From Acidobacteriota bacterium (GTDB lineage Bacteria > Acidobacteriota > Thermoanaerobaculia > Gp7-AA8): a DNA stretch of 64,000 nt. Shown here piece after piece: positions 46,062 to 55,184 of this stretch. The translations under genes and the position numbers were made by a program. The DNA lies in contig JAJPHC010000001.1 of NCBI GenBank assembly GCA_021325515.1, positions 68,248 to 132,247 on the forward strand, read 5' to 3'. The notes beneath the pieces are model-generated. The model saw only the letters and a program-made list of their open reading frames with translations. It was not told the origin of the DNA and made no database searches. Each line of letters begins with the position of its first letter. Within the stretch, counting starts at the first letter, position 1.

Positions 46062-46775
46062 TCACGAGATCGCGCGCGCGATCCCGAACGCCGCCGCGGC
46101 CGCCAATCCACCCGTGATCGTCGTCTGCAGCGCGCTCTTCCACTTCCTCGCTCCGGTGTAGCTTCCCTTCACATAGCCGAAGATGCAGAGCGCGATCAGC
46201 GTGATCACGCATGAGAAGACGAGTGCCGATGCCGCCGAGCGAAGCAGCATGTAAGGCAGAAGCGGTACGAGGCCTCCTGCGACATACGCTCCCGCGATGA
46301 CTGCGGCGCTCGTTCGTGCGCGCCGCGGATCGGGCTTCTCCAGCCCGAGCTCGAAGCGCATCATGAAGTCGACCCATTCCTTCGGCCGCAGCGTCATCGC
46401 CTCGACCACTGGTGTGATGTGCTCCTCTGCGACGCCGTACTCGCGAAAGATATCGGCGACCTCGTTCATCTCTTCGCGCGGAATCTCGCGGACTTCGCGC
46501 TCCTCGCGCCGCTTTTCCGCGGCGTAATGCTCGGCGTCGCTCTTCGCTGCGAGATAGCCGCCGAGCCCCATCGCGATCGAGCCCGCCGCGATTTCCGCGA
46601 GCCCCGCCGTCACGACGATCCCGGTCGCCTGAATCGCCCCGGACAGTCCCGCCGCCAGCGCGAACGGAACCGTCAGCCCGTCCGCCATCCCGATGACGAC
46701 GTCGCGAACGATTTCCGATGAGGTGAAGTGACGCTCCACGTGTGGCGTCTGCGGCATCAGTTCGACTCCGCGCAA
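46062..46775 (-). CDS. VIT1/CCC1-family iron/manganese transporter
   Basis: 237 aa with a cytosolic helical insert rich in E (EKRREEREVREIPREEMNEV) between TM blocks, typical of the VIT family. Confidence 0.75.
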   Translation of the reverse strand: MRGVELMPQTPHVERHFTSSEIVRDVVIGMADGLTVPFALAAGLSGAIQATGIVVTAGLAEIAAGSIAMGLGGYLAAKSDAEHYAAEKRREEREVREIPREEMNEVADIFREYGVAEEHITPVVEAMTLRPKEWVDFMMRFELGLEKPDPRRARTSAAVIAGAYVAGGLVPLLPYMLLRSAASALVFSCVITLIALCIFGYVKGSYTGARKWKSALQTTITGGLAAAAAFGIARAIS

Positions 46776-47140
46776 ATCCGGATGTCCTGAATCAGTTGCG
46801 AGATGTCGAACGGCTTCGCGTGGATCCGAAACACATGGCCGTCGAACTTCTTCTGGATCTCCATCTCCGGCACGGCGGAGGCGATGATCGTGCAGCCGAT
46901 CATCTCCGGATGGTGCTCCTTCATGTAACGGAGCACTGCGAACCCGTCGACCTTCGGCATCATGAGATCGAGGATGATGAGCGAGTAGCCGTCGTGGTCC
47001 AGCCGTTCGATCGCTTCCGCGCCATCGCGCGCGGTGTCGACGGCGAGATTCTGCCGCTCGACGACTTTCGCCAGCATCGTCCGGATTGGTTCGTCGTCAT
47101 CGACGACAAGAGCGCGCTTCTGCCTGTCCGCGATCGTCAC
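46757..47140 (-). CDS. stand-alone response-regulator receiver domain
   Basis: 127 aa. VVDDDEP acidic pocket, phospho-acceptor context ILDLMMP, HAKPF lysine. Overlaps the VIT gene start by 19 nt. Confidence 0.85.
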   Translation of the reverse strand: MTIADRQKRALVVDDDEPIRTMLAKVVERQNLAVDTARDGAEAIERLDHDGYSLIILDLMMPKVDGFAVLRYMKEHHPEMIGCTIIASAVPEMEIQKKFDGHVFRIHAKPFDISQLIQDIRICAESN

Positions 47141-47158
47141 GCACTGGCAAGTCTGCCC

Positions 47159-47431
47159 TTAACTCACGGCGGCTGCAATCGCAAAAGGGATCGCCAGTAG
47201 CGCCATCAGGATGATGATCGGAATGGCGAGCGCCGCGACGACGATGCCCGCTGCGAAGAGCAGCACGATTTTCACGGCGAAACCGATCACCAGCAGCGGG
47301 ATGAAGAGGAGCTTGAGCGGCAGCAGGACGATCTTGAACGTCAGCTTCAACGCCGTCGCGACGACGGCCATCACTGCGATCATCACGCCTACGATCAGCA
47401 TCACCGTTCCAAGCGCCAGCAAGGTGAACAT
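47159..47431 (-). CDS. small hydrophobic membrane protein (90 aa)
   Basis: ORF 47159..47779 trimmed to ATG 47431 (MFTLLALGTVMLIVGVMIAV...). Three predicted TM segments. The upstream extension is Arg-rich and implausible. Confidence 0.5.
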   Translation of the reverse strand: MFTLLALGTVMLIVGVMIAVMAVVATALKLTFKIVLLPLKLLFIPLLVIGFAVKIVLLFAAGIVVAALAIPIIILMALLAIPFAIAAAVS

Positions 47432-47496
47432 CTCCAGCCTCCATTGTCTGCATACGAGTCCTCGGGGAGATGGTTGCACCTGTAACATAGCGCCGG

Positions 47497-49350
47497 ATGA
47501 AGCGTGCAGGGGCAGCCGCCGGGGTGGCGATCGTCTTGATCGCGATCGGCGCGCTGTTCCTGTCGCGGTTTCAACCCGCGTGGACGATTCTCGCGACGAC
47601 CGGACGTGCAGCCGTGGTGGCCGTCGCCGTCGTGCTGGGCGCGATTGCCGCCGGCACCGGCTCCCTCTCTCTCCTTCGGCGAAACCGCGAGGAGCCATTC
47701 GAAATCGCGGACACTCTTCTGGTCGGCTTTGCCGTCCTCGGCACGCTGCTCGGCGCCGTTGCCTGGACCGGCATCGCACTCGAGCCGGTGGTCACGGTCA
47801 TCACGATTGCCGGAGCCGCAGCCGGCGCGTACGCGATGCTGCGGCGGCGCACGGCCGTTCGCTTCGCGCCTCCGGCCGCGCTCATCGTGATTCCGCTGCT
47901 CGTCGCGGCCGTCGAAGCGATCACGCCCGTCAACTCACCCGATGAGCTGATCTACAAGCTCGCCACGGCGAAGAGCTATCTGCAGTACGGCAGGATGCTC
48001 GAGCTTCCGTTCAATTCGAATTCGTATCTCGCGATGGCCGTGCAGCTCGGCGACCTCGCAGCCCTGGTGATGGGCGGCGGAATCGCCGCGAAGCTCGTTC
48101 ATCTCGCGCTCTTCGCTGCGGCGCTCGCGGTGACGCGCCGGCTTGCGGCCCGCCTGACGGCGCATCCTGATTTTGTCGTCGCCGTCCTCGCGTGGACTCC
48201 CGCGCTCCTGATCATCGCCGGCTGGTGCTGGACGGAATGGCCTCTGATCGGATTGCTCGTGCTCTCGTTCGAGCGTTATCAGCGATGGCGCGAGTCGGGC
48301 GAGGAAGGCGAGCTGTGGATCGCGTTCGCTGCGTGCGGCGCCGCGATCGCGTGCAAGTACACCGCGTTGCCGTGGCTCGTCGCCGGCGCTGCGCTCTTCG
48401 TCTGGCGCGATCGTCCGCCGGTGCGTTTGCTGATTCGAGGCGCCGCGATCATGTTCATGTTCGGCGCGTTCTTCTATCTGCGCAACGCCGTCTGGACCGG
48501 CTCGCCCGTTGCGCCGCTCCTGTTGCCCGCACCTCCTGCGTTCTCCCATTTTCAGCAGCGCAGCGGTCTGTCGGATCTCCTGCATGGCGGTTATGTTTTC
48601 AACGCTGATGTGACGGATGAATCGGCAGGCATCGTTCTCTGCGCGATGGCGCTGCTCGGAATCGGATGCGTCGCTTCGCAGCGCCGTGAGTTGCGCGAGC
48701 TCGCATGGATCGGGATCCTGCAGGCGCCGCCGCTCATCGCATTCGCGAACGGTCCGCGCAATCTCCTTTCCTCGCTCGTTCCGCTCGCGATCGCGGGCGC
48801 TGTGATCGCCGTGGAAGCGGGACGGCGGCTGGTCATCGTGGTGACGAGCGTGGCCTTCGCCGCACAGGCGGTCCTCGTCGTGTTCGTGCTGAGCTCGTTC
48901 GAGCTCGGTGCGTACCTCGCGGGCGGGGAGACATCGCAGCAGTACATCGCGCGCGTCCGCTCGTTCGCGAAGCCGTATGCCTTCATTTCCTCCACCACTT
49001 CGCCGCGCAGCCGCATCCTTCTCCTCGGCGAGAACCGCACGTATTACCTCGATCGCGAGAGCATCGCCGGCGGCAATCTCGACGGCCCGCGCATCGCGTC
49101 ATGGCTGGCGCGCTTCACGACGCCCGATGCGCTCATGGCGGAGTGGCATCGCCGCGGAATCACACACGTCGTGCTGCACCGGCCCTGGTACCGGGTCGCA
49201 TCACCGGCGCTTCGGCCGCTCGCGCCGATCGAGCGCGAATTCGTTCTCGAGGTGTCGCCGGAGGTCGACCGCGTATTGAAGGAGACGCTGAAGACGCGCG
49301 CGATCCTCCGCTATCGCGATGACGCGTACCTCGTCTTCGAGCTCAGGTGA
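47497..49350 (+). CDS. large polytopic membrane protein, possibly a GT-C-fold glycosyltransferase (ArnT/PMT-like)
   Basis: 617 aa with more than 10 TM segments plus a ~180-aa C-terminal soluble domain. The function guess rests on topology only. Confidence 0.4.
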   Translation: MKRAGAAAGVAIVLIAIGALFLSRFQPAWTILATTGRAAVVAVAVVLGAIAAGTGSLSLLRRNREEPFEIADTLLVGFAVLGTLLGAVAWTGIALEPVVTVITIAGAAAGAYAMLRRRTAVRFAPPAALIVIPLLVAAVEAITPVNSPDELIYKLATAKSYLQYGRMLELPFNSNSYLAMAVQLGDLAALVMGGGIAAKLVHLALFAAALAVTRRLAARLTAHPDFVVAVLAWTPALLIIAGWCWTEWPLIGLLVLSFERYQRWRESGEEGELWIAFAACGAAIACKYTALPWLVAGAALFVWRDRPPVRLLIRGAAIMFMFGAFFYLRNAVWTGSPVAPLLLPAPPAFSHFQQRSGLSDLLHGGYVFNADVTDESAGIVLCAMALLGIGCVASQRRELRELAWIGILQAPPLIAFANGPRNLLSSLVPLAIAGAVIAVEAGRRLVIVVTSVAFAAQAVLVVFVLSSFELGAYLAGGETSQQYIARVRSFAKPYAFISSTTSPRSRILLLGENRTYYLDRESIAGGNLDGPRIASWLARFTTPDALMAEWHRRGITHVVLHRPWYRVASPALRPLAPIEREFVLEVSPEVDRVLKETLKTRAILRYRDDAYLVFELR

Positions 49351-49353
49351 TTC

Positions 49354-50622
49354 TCATCGCTTGCAGACGACGCCGTCCTTCATGACGAACGACACCTGCT
49401 CCAGCGCTCGAATGTTCTGCAGAGGATCGGCGGTCACCGCGATGATGTCCGCGTATTTCCCCGCCGTGATCGATCCGAGCTTCTTGTCCCAGCCGAGGAG
49501 GCGTGCGCCGCCCATGGTGGCGGCGGTGATCGCGTCGAGCGGCTTCATGCCGCCCCACTCCACCATCAGCGTGAGCTCGTGCATGTTCGTTCCATGCGCA
49601 CCGACGCCGGCGTCCGTGCCCATGGCGATCGGTACGTGATTCGCGAGCGCGAGCTTCATCGCCGTGCGAACCGAGGCGGCGGCGAGGCGCGCTTTCTCCG
49701 CGCGGAGGCCTTTGAGCACGCCGCTCTTCGCCGCGTTGTCGACCGCCTCCACGGCGGAGAGCGTCGGAACGAGATATGTGCCCCGCTCCGCCATCATCTT
49801 CGCTCCCTCTTCATCGAGGAAGGATCCATGTTCGATCGATGACACGCCCGCTTTCACCGCGAGCTTGATCCCTTCCGTGCCGTGCGCGTGCGCCGCGACC
49901 TTGCGATCGAGCTTGCGGGCTTCATCGACGAGCGCCTTCAACTCCTCGAAGGAGTACTGCGTCGCGCCGACCGCGTCACCTTCCGACAACACGCCGCCCG
50001 TCGCACAGACCTTGATGACATCGGCGCCGTACTTCACCTGATAACGAACGGCCGCGCGCACTTCCTCGACGCCGTTCGCGATCCCTTCTTTCGGCCCCCG
50101 TTCCGCGACGCCGGGCCGATACCCGTTGTCATCGCAGTGGCCGCCGGCAATTCCAATTGCGTAACCCGCGGACCGCATGCGCGGGCCCGGCACATGGCCT
50201 TCGTTGATCGCCTGCCGGAGCGCGAAGTCGTTGAAGTATGGGGCGCCGACGTTGCGCACGGTGGTGATGCCTGCGAGCAGTGTCTTCTGCGCGGCTTCGA
50301 CGCCGCGGATCGCGCTGTAGCCTTCGAAGTCGCGGACGCGCTCCGTCTCCCAGCCCGGCTCGCCGAGCGGCCGGCCGATAAGATGCGTGTGCGCGTCGAT
50401 GAAGCCGGGCAGGATCGTCGCGCCGCCGAGGTCGATGACGGTCGCGTTGGCGGGAATGGCCAGGCCAGCTCCGGCGGCGGTGATCGTGTCGCCGTCGATG
50501 ATGACGACGGCGTTCGTCACCGGCGCGGAGCCTGTTCCATCGATCATGTGCGCCGCCTTGATGGCGACGGTCTGTGCGCGAAGCGTGGTTGCGAGAAGGA
50601 GAGCGATCGCGAGTGGGCGCAT
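49354..50622 (-). CDS. secreted amidohydrolase-family metallohydrolase
   Basis: ORF 49354..50949 trimmed to ATG 50622 (MRPLAIALLLATTLRAQ signal). PGFIDAHTHL metal-binding HxH. Confidence 0.8.
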   Translation of the reverse strand: MRPLAIALLLATTLRAQTVAIKAAHMIDGTGSAPVTNAVVIIDGDTITAAGAGLAIPANATVIDLGGATILPGFIDAHTHLIGRPLGEPGWETERVRDFEGYSAIRGVEAAQKTLLAGITTVRNVGAPYFNDFALRQAINEGHVPGPRMRSAGYAIGIAGGHCDDNGYRPGVAERGPKEGIANGVEEVRAAVRYQVKYGADVIKVCATGGVLSEGDAVGATQYSFEELKALVDEARKLDRKVAAHAHGTEGIKLAVKAGVSSIEHGSFLDEEGAKMMAERGTYLVPTLSAVEAVDNAAKSGVLKGLRAEKARLAAASVRTAMKLALANHVPIAMGTDAGVGAHGTNMHELTLMVEWGGMKPLDAITAATMGGARLLGWDKKLGSITAGKYADIIAVTADPLQNIRALEQVSFVMKDGVVCKR

Positions 50623-50635
50623 GCCCTTAATGCTA

Positions 50636-51724
50636 TTACGCCGCCCGCCTTGGGCCCACGTACACCGACTGCGGACGGATGATGCGATTGTCCTTTCGCT
50701 GCTCGAGACAATGCGCGATCCATCCTGCCACTCGGCTGATGGAGAAGGTCGGTGTGAAGAGCGGAACCTCGAGCCCGAGGCCGTGGAGCAGGAGTGCGGT
50801 GTAGAACTCGACGTTGGTCTGCAGCCTGCGTCCCGGCTTGTACTCCTCGAGGAGCCGGATCGCCGTCGCTTCGACTGCCTTCGCCAGCTCGTAGAGCCGC
50901 ATGTCGCCGCCGCGCGTGAACATCCGTTCCGCCGCGGCTGCCAGCACATCCGCGCGCGGATCGCGCACCTTGTACACGCGATGCCCGAAGCCCATCAGCT
51001 TCTCTCCCGATTCGATCTTCGATCGCAGCACCTGTTCCGCACGCGACGCGTCGCCAATCTCGAAGACCATGTCGAGCGCCGGTCCGGGAGCGCCGCCGTG
51101 CAGCGGGCCTTTCATCGCGCCGAGCGCACCGACGATTGCCGAGACGAGATCGGACTCGGTGGAAGTGATCACGCGTGCGGTGAATGTCGAAGCGGAGAGA
51201 CCGTGATCGACGACGGTGTCGAAGTAGGTTTCCATGCCGCGGACGCGTTCCGCGTCGGGGACTTCGCCGGTGAGCATGTAGAGATAGTTGGCGACGTGCG
51301 CGAGGGCGGCATTCGGCGCGATCGGCTCGCGGCCGTTCAGCAGATGCCAGTAGCTGGCGACGATCGTCGGAAAGGTGGCCACGAGATTCGTCGCCTCATC
51401 GCCCTCAATCAGCGAGACCGTGCCGGCGGCGATGCGCAGCGCATCCATCACCGGCAGCTTTGCCTGCGCGCAACTGCGCAGCAGTGCGAGTGTCGCATCG
51501 GGGATTGCCCGTCTCCGCGCGAGCGCCGCGCGAAACGACTCGCGCTCTTCGTCGTTCGGCACCTGACCGTTCCAGAGAAGCCAGACGGTCTCCTCGAAGG
51601 AGAGTGTAGTTGCGAGCTCCGCGACGTCGAAGCCGCCGATGATCAGTTCTCCGGCCTGTCCATCCACCATGCTCAGTCGCGTTTCGGCGGCGACGACGCC
51701 TTCCAGTCCTTTGTTCATGTTCAT
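50636..51724 (-). CDS. citrate synthase family protein (short form; motifs deviate from canonical citrate synthase, possibly citryl-CoA-lyase-like)
   Basis: GFGHRVYKVRDPRA and GWIAHCLEQ motifs are present. It has VVDHGLSASTF where I expect ADHE.NAST, and NVEFY where I expect NVDFY. Confidence 0.75.
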   Translation of the reverse strand: MNMNKGLEGVVAAETRLSMVDGQAGELIIGGFDVAELATTLSFEETVWLLWNGQVPNDEERESFRAALARRRAIPDATLALLRSCAQAKLPVMDALRIAAGTVSLIEGDEATNLVATFPTIVASYWHLLNGREPIAPNAALAHVANYLYMLTGEVPDAERVRGMETYFDTVVDHGLSASTFTARVITSTESDLVSAIVGALGAMKGPLHGGAPGPALDMVFEIGDASRAEQVLRSKIESGEKLMGFGHRVYKVRDPRADVLAAAAERMFTRGGDMRLYELAKAVEATAIRLLEEYKPGRRLQTNVEFYTALLLHGLGLEVPLFTPTFSISRVAGWIAHCLEQRKDNRIIRPQSVYVGPRRAA

Positions 51725-51760
51725 GGATTCAAACTAGGCCGGCTGGACGTGATAGTCAAT

Positions 51761-51778
51761 ATTGATTAGTTAATCAAT
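51761..51778. promoter_or_regulatory. candidate operator: AT-rich palindrome ATTGATTA-GT-TAATCAAT
   Basis: Perfect 8-bp arms in the 73-bp divergent intergenic region, 20 nt upstream of the HTH-citrate-synthase-like ATG. The flanks (agtcaat ... attagact) extend the dyad imperfectly. Confidence 0.4.
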
Positions 51779-51797
51779 GTATTAGACTTGTCGGCGC

Positions 51798-52988
51798 ATG
51801 TGGATTTCTGCCGCCGACGCCGCCCGCCGACTGAAGGTGAATCGACAGACGCTCTATGCGTACGTAAGCCGTGGCTTCATTCGCTCCGAAGGTGTGCCGG
51901 GCCGCCCGCGGGTGCGCCGTTATTCGAGCGAGGATGTGGAGAGGATGCGCCGCCGCAGCGAAGAGCGGCGCGATCCGGAGAAGGCCGCCGGCAACGCGCT
52001 GCAGTGGGGGATGCCCATCCTCGAGTCGTCGATCAGCCTCATCGCCAGCGGCCGGCTCTACTATCGAGGCCACGACGTCAGTGCCCTTGCGCGGTCGAGG
52101 ACGATCGAAGACGTCGCCTCGCTGATCTGGACCGGCGCCTTCGGCTGCGACTTCAGCGAGACACCTCTGCATGTCGTCGCCGGCGGGAAGAGCGCCGAGG
52201 GGCTGCCGTTCGTCACGAGAGCGCAGGCGATGCTGCCGCTCGTCTCCGTGCGCGATCCGCTGGCGCTCGATCTCCGTCCCGGCGCGGTGGCGCAGGCCGG
52301 ATGGCGGATCGTCAACCTGTTGACGAGTGTGGCGGCGGAATCCTCGCAGCTCGAGCCGGAGATCGAGCAGACCCTGGCGAACGCCTGGAAGCCGAAGGGC
52401 TCCGGAGCCGCCGCTCTGATCCGCGCTGCGCTCATCTGCTGCGCCGACCATGAGCTCAACGTCTCCGCCTTCACTGCGCGCTGCATCGCCTCTTCCGGCG
52501 CCAATCCGTACTCCGTCGTCGTCGGCGCTCTTGCCGCGATCGAAGGAGTGAGGCACGGCGGAGCCAGCGCACGCGTGGAGGGGCTGTTTCGTGAAGTGCG
52601 GCGCGCGCGCAACCTTCGCGCCGCGCTGACCGCACGCCTTCGCCGCGGTGAGAAGCTGGAGGGTTTCGGGCATCCGCTCTACCGCGATGGCGATCCACGC
52701 GCGAAGCTGCTCTTCGATCTTTTGCGCGAGCACTACCCAAAGTCGAAGGAGCTCGCCTTCGCTCTCGACGTCTCCTCCGCATGCGAAGACATCCTCGGCG
52801 AAAAGCCGACGATCGATTACGCGCTCGTCGCCCTGACGCAGACGCTGAAGCTCGACGAAGGAACGCCGCTCACGCTCTTCGCGCTGGGAAGATCGATCGG
52901 CTGGATCGGCCACGCGATCGAGCAATACGCGACCGGGGCGATGATCCGGCCCCGGGCAAAGTACGTGGGCCTTCTCCCGCCAGCCTGA
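51798..52988 (+). CDS. N-terminal HTH (excisionase/MerR-like) fused to a citrate-synthase-family domain
   Basis: MWISAADAARRLKVNRQTLYAYVSRGFIRSE, then ADHELNVSAFTAR, GFGHPLYRDGDPRA, PTIDYAL, GWIGHAIEQ. Confidence 0.75.
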   Translation: MWISAADAARRLKVNRQTLYAYVSRGFIRSEGVPGRPRVRRYSSEDVERMRRRSEERRDPEKAAGNALQWGMPILESSISLIASGRLYYRGHDVSALARSRTIEDVASLIWTGAFGCDFSETPLHVVAGGKSAEGLPFVTRAQAMLPLVSVRDPLALDLRPGAVAQAGWRIVNLLTSVAAESSQLEPEIEQTLANAWKPKGSGAAALIRAALICCADHELNVSAFTARCIASSGANPYSVVVGALAAIEGVRHGGASARVEGLFREVRRARNLRAALTARLRRGEKLEGFGHPLYRDGDPRAKLLFDLLREHYPKSKELAFALDVSSACEDILGEKPTIDYALVALTQTLKLDEGTPLTLFALGRSIGWIGHAIEQYATGAMIRPRAKYVGLLPPA

Positions 52989-52994
52989 CCCTTT

Positions 52995-53384
52995 CATGCT
53001 GAGCGAAGCGAGCCGTTCATGCTGAGCGAAGCGAAGCATCAACGAAGGCGCCGGGAGAACGAAGCCTGCTCGGCAGACGCCTGAAGAACGCGCAGCGCGG
53101 CGCGGTTCGTTGATCCTTCGCTTCGCTCAGGATGCCGGGGGAGGCGCGGCGCCGTCCATGCTGAGCGAAGCCGAAGCATCAACGAAGGCGCCGGGAGAAC
53201 GTAATCTTCTCGGCTAACGCCTGAAGAACGCGAAGCGCGGCGCCGTCGTTGATCCTTCGCTTCGCTCAGGATGACGGGGGAAGCGCGGCGCCGTCGTTGA
53301 TCCTTCGCTTCGCTCAGGATGACGGGGGAGCGCGGCGCCGTCGTTGATCCTTCGCTTCGCTCAGGATGAACGTGCCTCAGGATG
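52995..53384. repeat. REP/MITE-like family, locus C: partial arm, two full 117-bp hairpin units, two extra arm copies, terminal partial arm
   Basis: Full units at 53018-53134 and 53157-53273 (CATGCTGAGCGAAGCGAAGCATCAAC ... CGCCTGAAGAACGCG ... GTTGATCCTTCGCTTCGCTCAGGATG). Extra arms end at 53321 and 53368 (47-48-bp period). A partial arm CATCCTGAG (RC of 53376-53384) contains the M20 stop codon. Confidence 0.9.
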
Positions 53385-54765
53385 ACCGGGGACGAATCCC
53401 GCTCACGATCTCGAAATACTTCGCGAACGCGACCATTCCGCCGCTCGCCTGCTGCCAGTCGAAGTTCTCGTTCGGTGCGTGATAACCATGCTCCGGCAGT
53501 GAGAGGCCGAGAAAGAGAACGGGGCAGCGGAGCACTTTTTCCGCGGAGACGACCGCACCGATCGAGCCACCCTCGCGCACGAAGACCGGGTCGCGCCCGA
53601 ATGCGAACTTCATCGCGGCGCGTACGGCATCGGGCAGCGCGCCGGTCGTCGGTGCCTGAAACGGATACATCGCCGCTTCATGCTCGATCTTCACGTCCGG
53701 GTTGTGTTCTTTGACGAACTGCTTCACGAGTCTGAGGATCTTCTTCGGGTCCTGATTCGCAACGAGGCGGCAGGAGATCTTCACCGACGCGCGCGGCGGA
53801 ATCACCGTCTTGATTCCCGGCCCCGAATAGCCGCCCGTCACGCCGTGCACTTCGAATGTCGGCATCGCCCAGAGGCGTTTCATCACATCGACGGGATCGT
53901 CGCTGCGCAGCGACTTGAAGAGATGATCCTTCTTGAACGACTTGATCGAGAAGCCGGAGTCCTTGAACTCCTGCAACTCCTGTTTCGTCGGCGGCACGAC
54001 GTCGTCGTAAAAGCCTTTGATCTTCACTCTGCCCGTCGTCGCGTCGTGCATTTCGCTGACGAGCTTCATCAGTTCCGCAAGAGGATTGCGCGCCGCGCCG
54101 CCCGCGGTGCCGGAGTGCTGATCCGTCTGTCCGGTCTCGAGCACGAGCTCGAAGCCCTGCAGTCCGCGAAGTCCTGCCGGACATGCGGGGCGCTGGCGCG
54201 AGACCCAGATCGTGTCGCTGACGATGACATGATCGGTCTTGAGCAGGCCGGTGTGCTTCCTGATGCCGGCCTCGAAGTTCGGTGAGCCGATCTCTTCCTC
54301 GAGCTCCCACAGCACGCGCAGGTTTGCGCGCACGCCCGCGGCGCGCGCGGCCTTGATTCCCCACAGCGCGGCGAGTGCGGGACCCTTGTCATCCGTGGTG
54401 CCGCGGCCGAGGTAACGATCGCCTGCTTTCGTGAAGACGAAGGGATCGCTTTTCCACGGCTCGGTTTCGCGCGATGCCGGCTGAACGTCGAGATGGTTGT
54501 AGACCGTGACCGTCGGTGCCGCTGGATCGATATCGAAGCGGCCGTGAATGAGGGGGTTGCCTCCCTCGACGGTGTCGAGGATGTCGGCTTCGCCGCCCAT
54601 CGACCGGAGAAGCCCGGCCGCACACTCGGCCATCTTCCGGATGTCGCCGGCGCGTTCGGGTTCGGAGGAGACCGTCGGAATCTCGACGAACTCCTTCAGC
54701 GTCGCTTCGTACTGCGCCCGCTCGTTGCGGGCAAAGGCGAGGAGGGACTGTTTGTCGAGATTCAT
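53377..54765 (-). CDS. M20-family dipeptidase/peptidase
   Basis: 462 aa. YNHLDVQPA, GRGTTDDKG, and a typical M20 dimerisation insert. Confidence 0.85.
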   Translation of the reverse strand: MNLDKQSLLAFARNERAQYEATLKEFVEIPTVSSEPERAGDIRKMAECAAGLLRSMGGEADILDTVEGGNPLIHGRFDIDPAAPTVTVYNHLDVQPASRETEPWKSDPFVFTKAGDRYLGRGTTDDKGPALAALWGIKAARAAGVRANLRVLWELEEEIGSPNFEAGIRKHTGLLKTDHVIVSDTIWVSRQRPACPAGLRGLQGFELVLETGQTDQHSGTAGGAARNPLAELMKLVSEMHDATTGRVKIKGFYDDVVPPTKQELQEFKDSGFSIKSFKKDHLFKSLRSDDPVDVMKRLWAMPTFEVHGVTGGYSGPGIKTVIPPRASVKISCRLVANQDPKKILRLVKQFVKEHNPDVKIEHEAAMYPFQAPTTGALPDAVRAAMKFAFGRDPVFVREGGSIGAVVSAEKVLRCPVLFLGLSLPEHGYHAPNENFDWQQASGGMVAFAKYFEIVSGIRPRSS

Positions 54766-54777
54766 GCGCGGCGAATT

Positions 54778-55170
54778 CTAACCCGCGTCGTTCAGCAGCA
54801 GCACGATCTCCAGCGTCCGCATGTCGGCATTTGCCCCGCTGGCGACGCGATACTCCTCGCCTTCGAGCCGGATCAGCTTCAGGCGCTCGAGGTCCCCGCG
54901 GCTGACGCCATGCGTCTTCGCGAATCTCATCCATGCCTCCGGGACTTCGCTCTCGAACTCCCCTTCGGACAGCAGGGGCTCACCGGCGCAGTTGAGATGT
55001 TCGCAGCCGAATTGCTCCGCGCATTGCGGACAGGGCGGCGGATCGTTGAAATCGGCGAGCTCACTCTCGGTGAGCACGCGCATCAGGCCGCCGCGCTTTT
55101 CGCGCACGTACTGCAGCCCGCTCTCGCTCTTCGAGAGAATGTCGAAGCGCTCCGATTTCTGCTCTGGCAT
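54778..55170 (-). CDS. hypothetical protein (130 aa)
   Basis: ORF 54778..55230 trimmed to ATG 55170 (MPEQKSERFDIL). Cys cluster CPQCAEQFGCEHLNC. I recognise no family. Confidence 0.45.
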   Translation of the reverse strand: MPEQKSERFDILSKSESGLQYVREKRGGLMRVLTESELADFNDPPPCPQCAEQFGCEHLNCAGEPLLSEGEFESEVPEAWMRFAKTHGVSRGDLERLKLIRLEGEEYRVASGANADMRTLEIVLLLNDAG

Positions 55171-55184
55171 GATTGCGCATCCTA

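Noticed and set aside
47432-47779. Upstream extension of the small membrane-protein ORF (206-aa version)
   Set aside because: The extension is Arg/Pro/Ser-rich and overlaps the start of the plus-strand 47497 gene. The hydrophobic 90-aa core starting at ATG 47431 is the only plausible product.
50623-50949. N-terminal extension of the amidohydrolase ORF
   Set aside because: It overlaps the citrate-synthase-family gene in another frame. ATG 50622 yields a canonical signal peptide.
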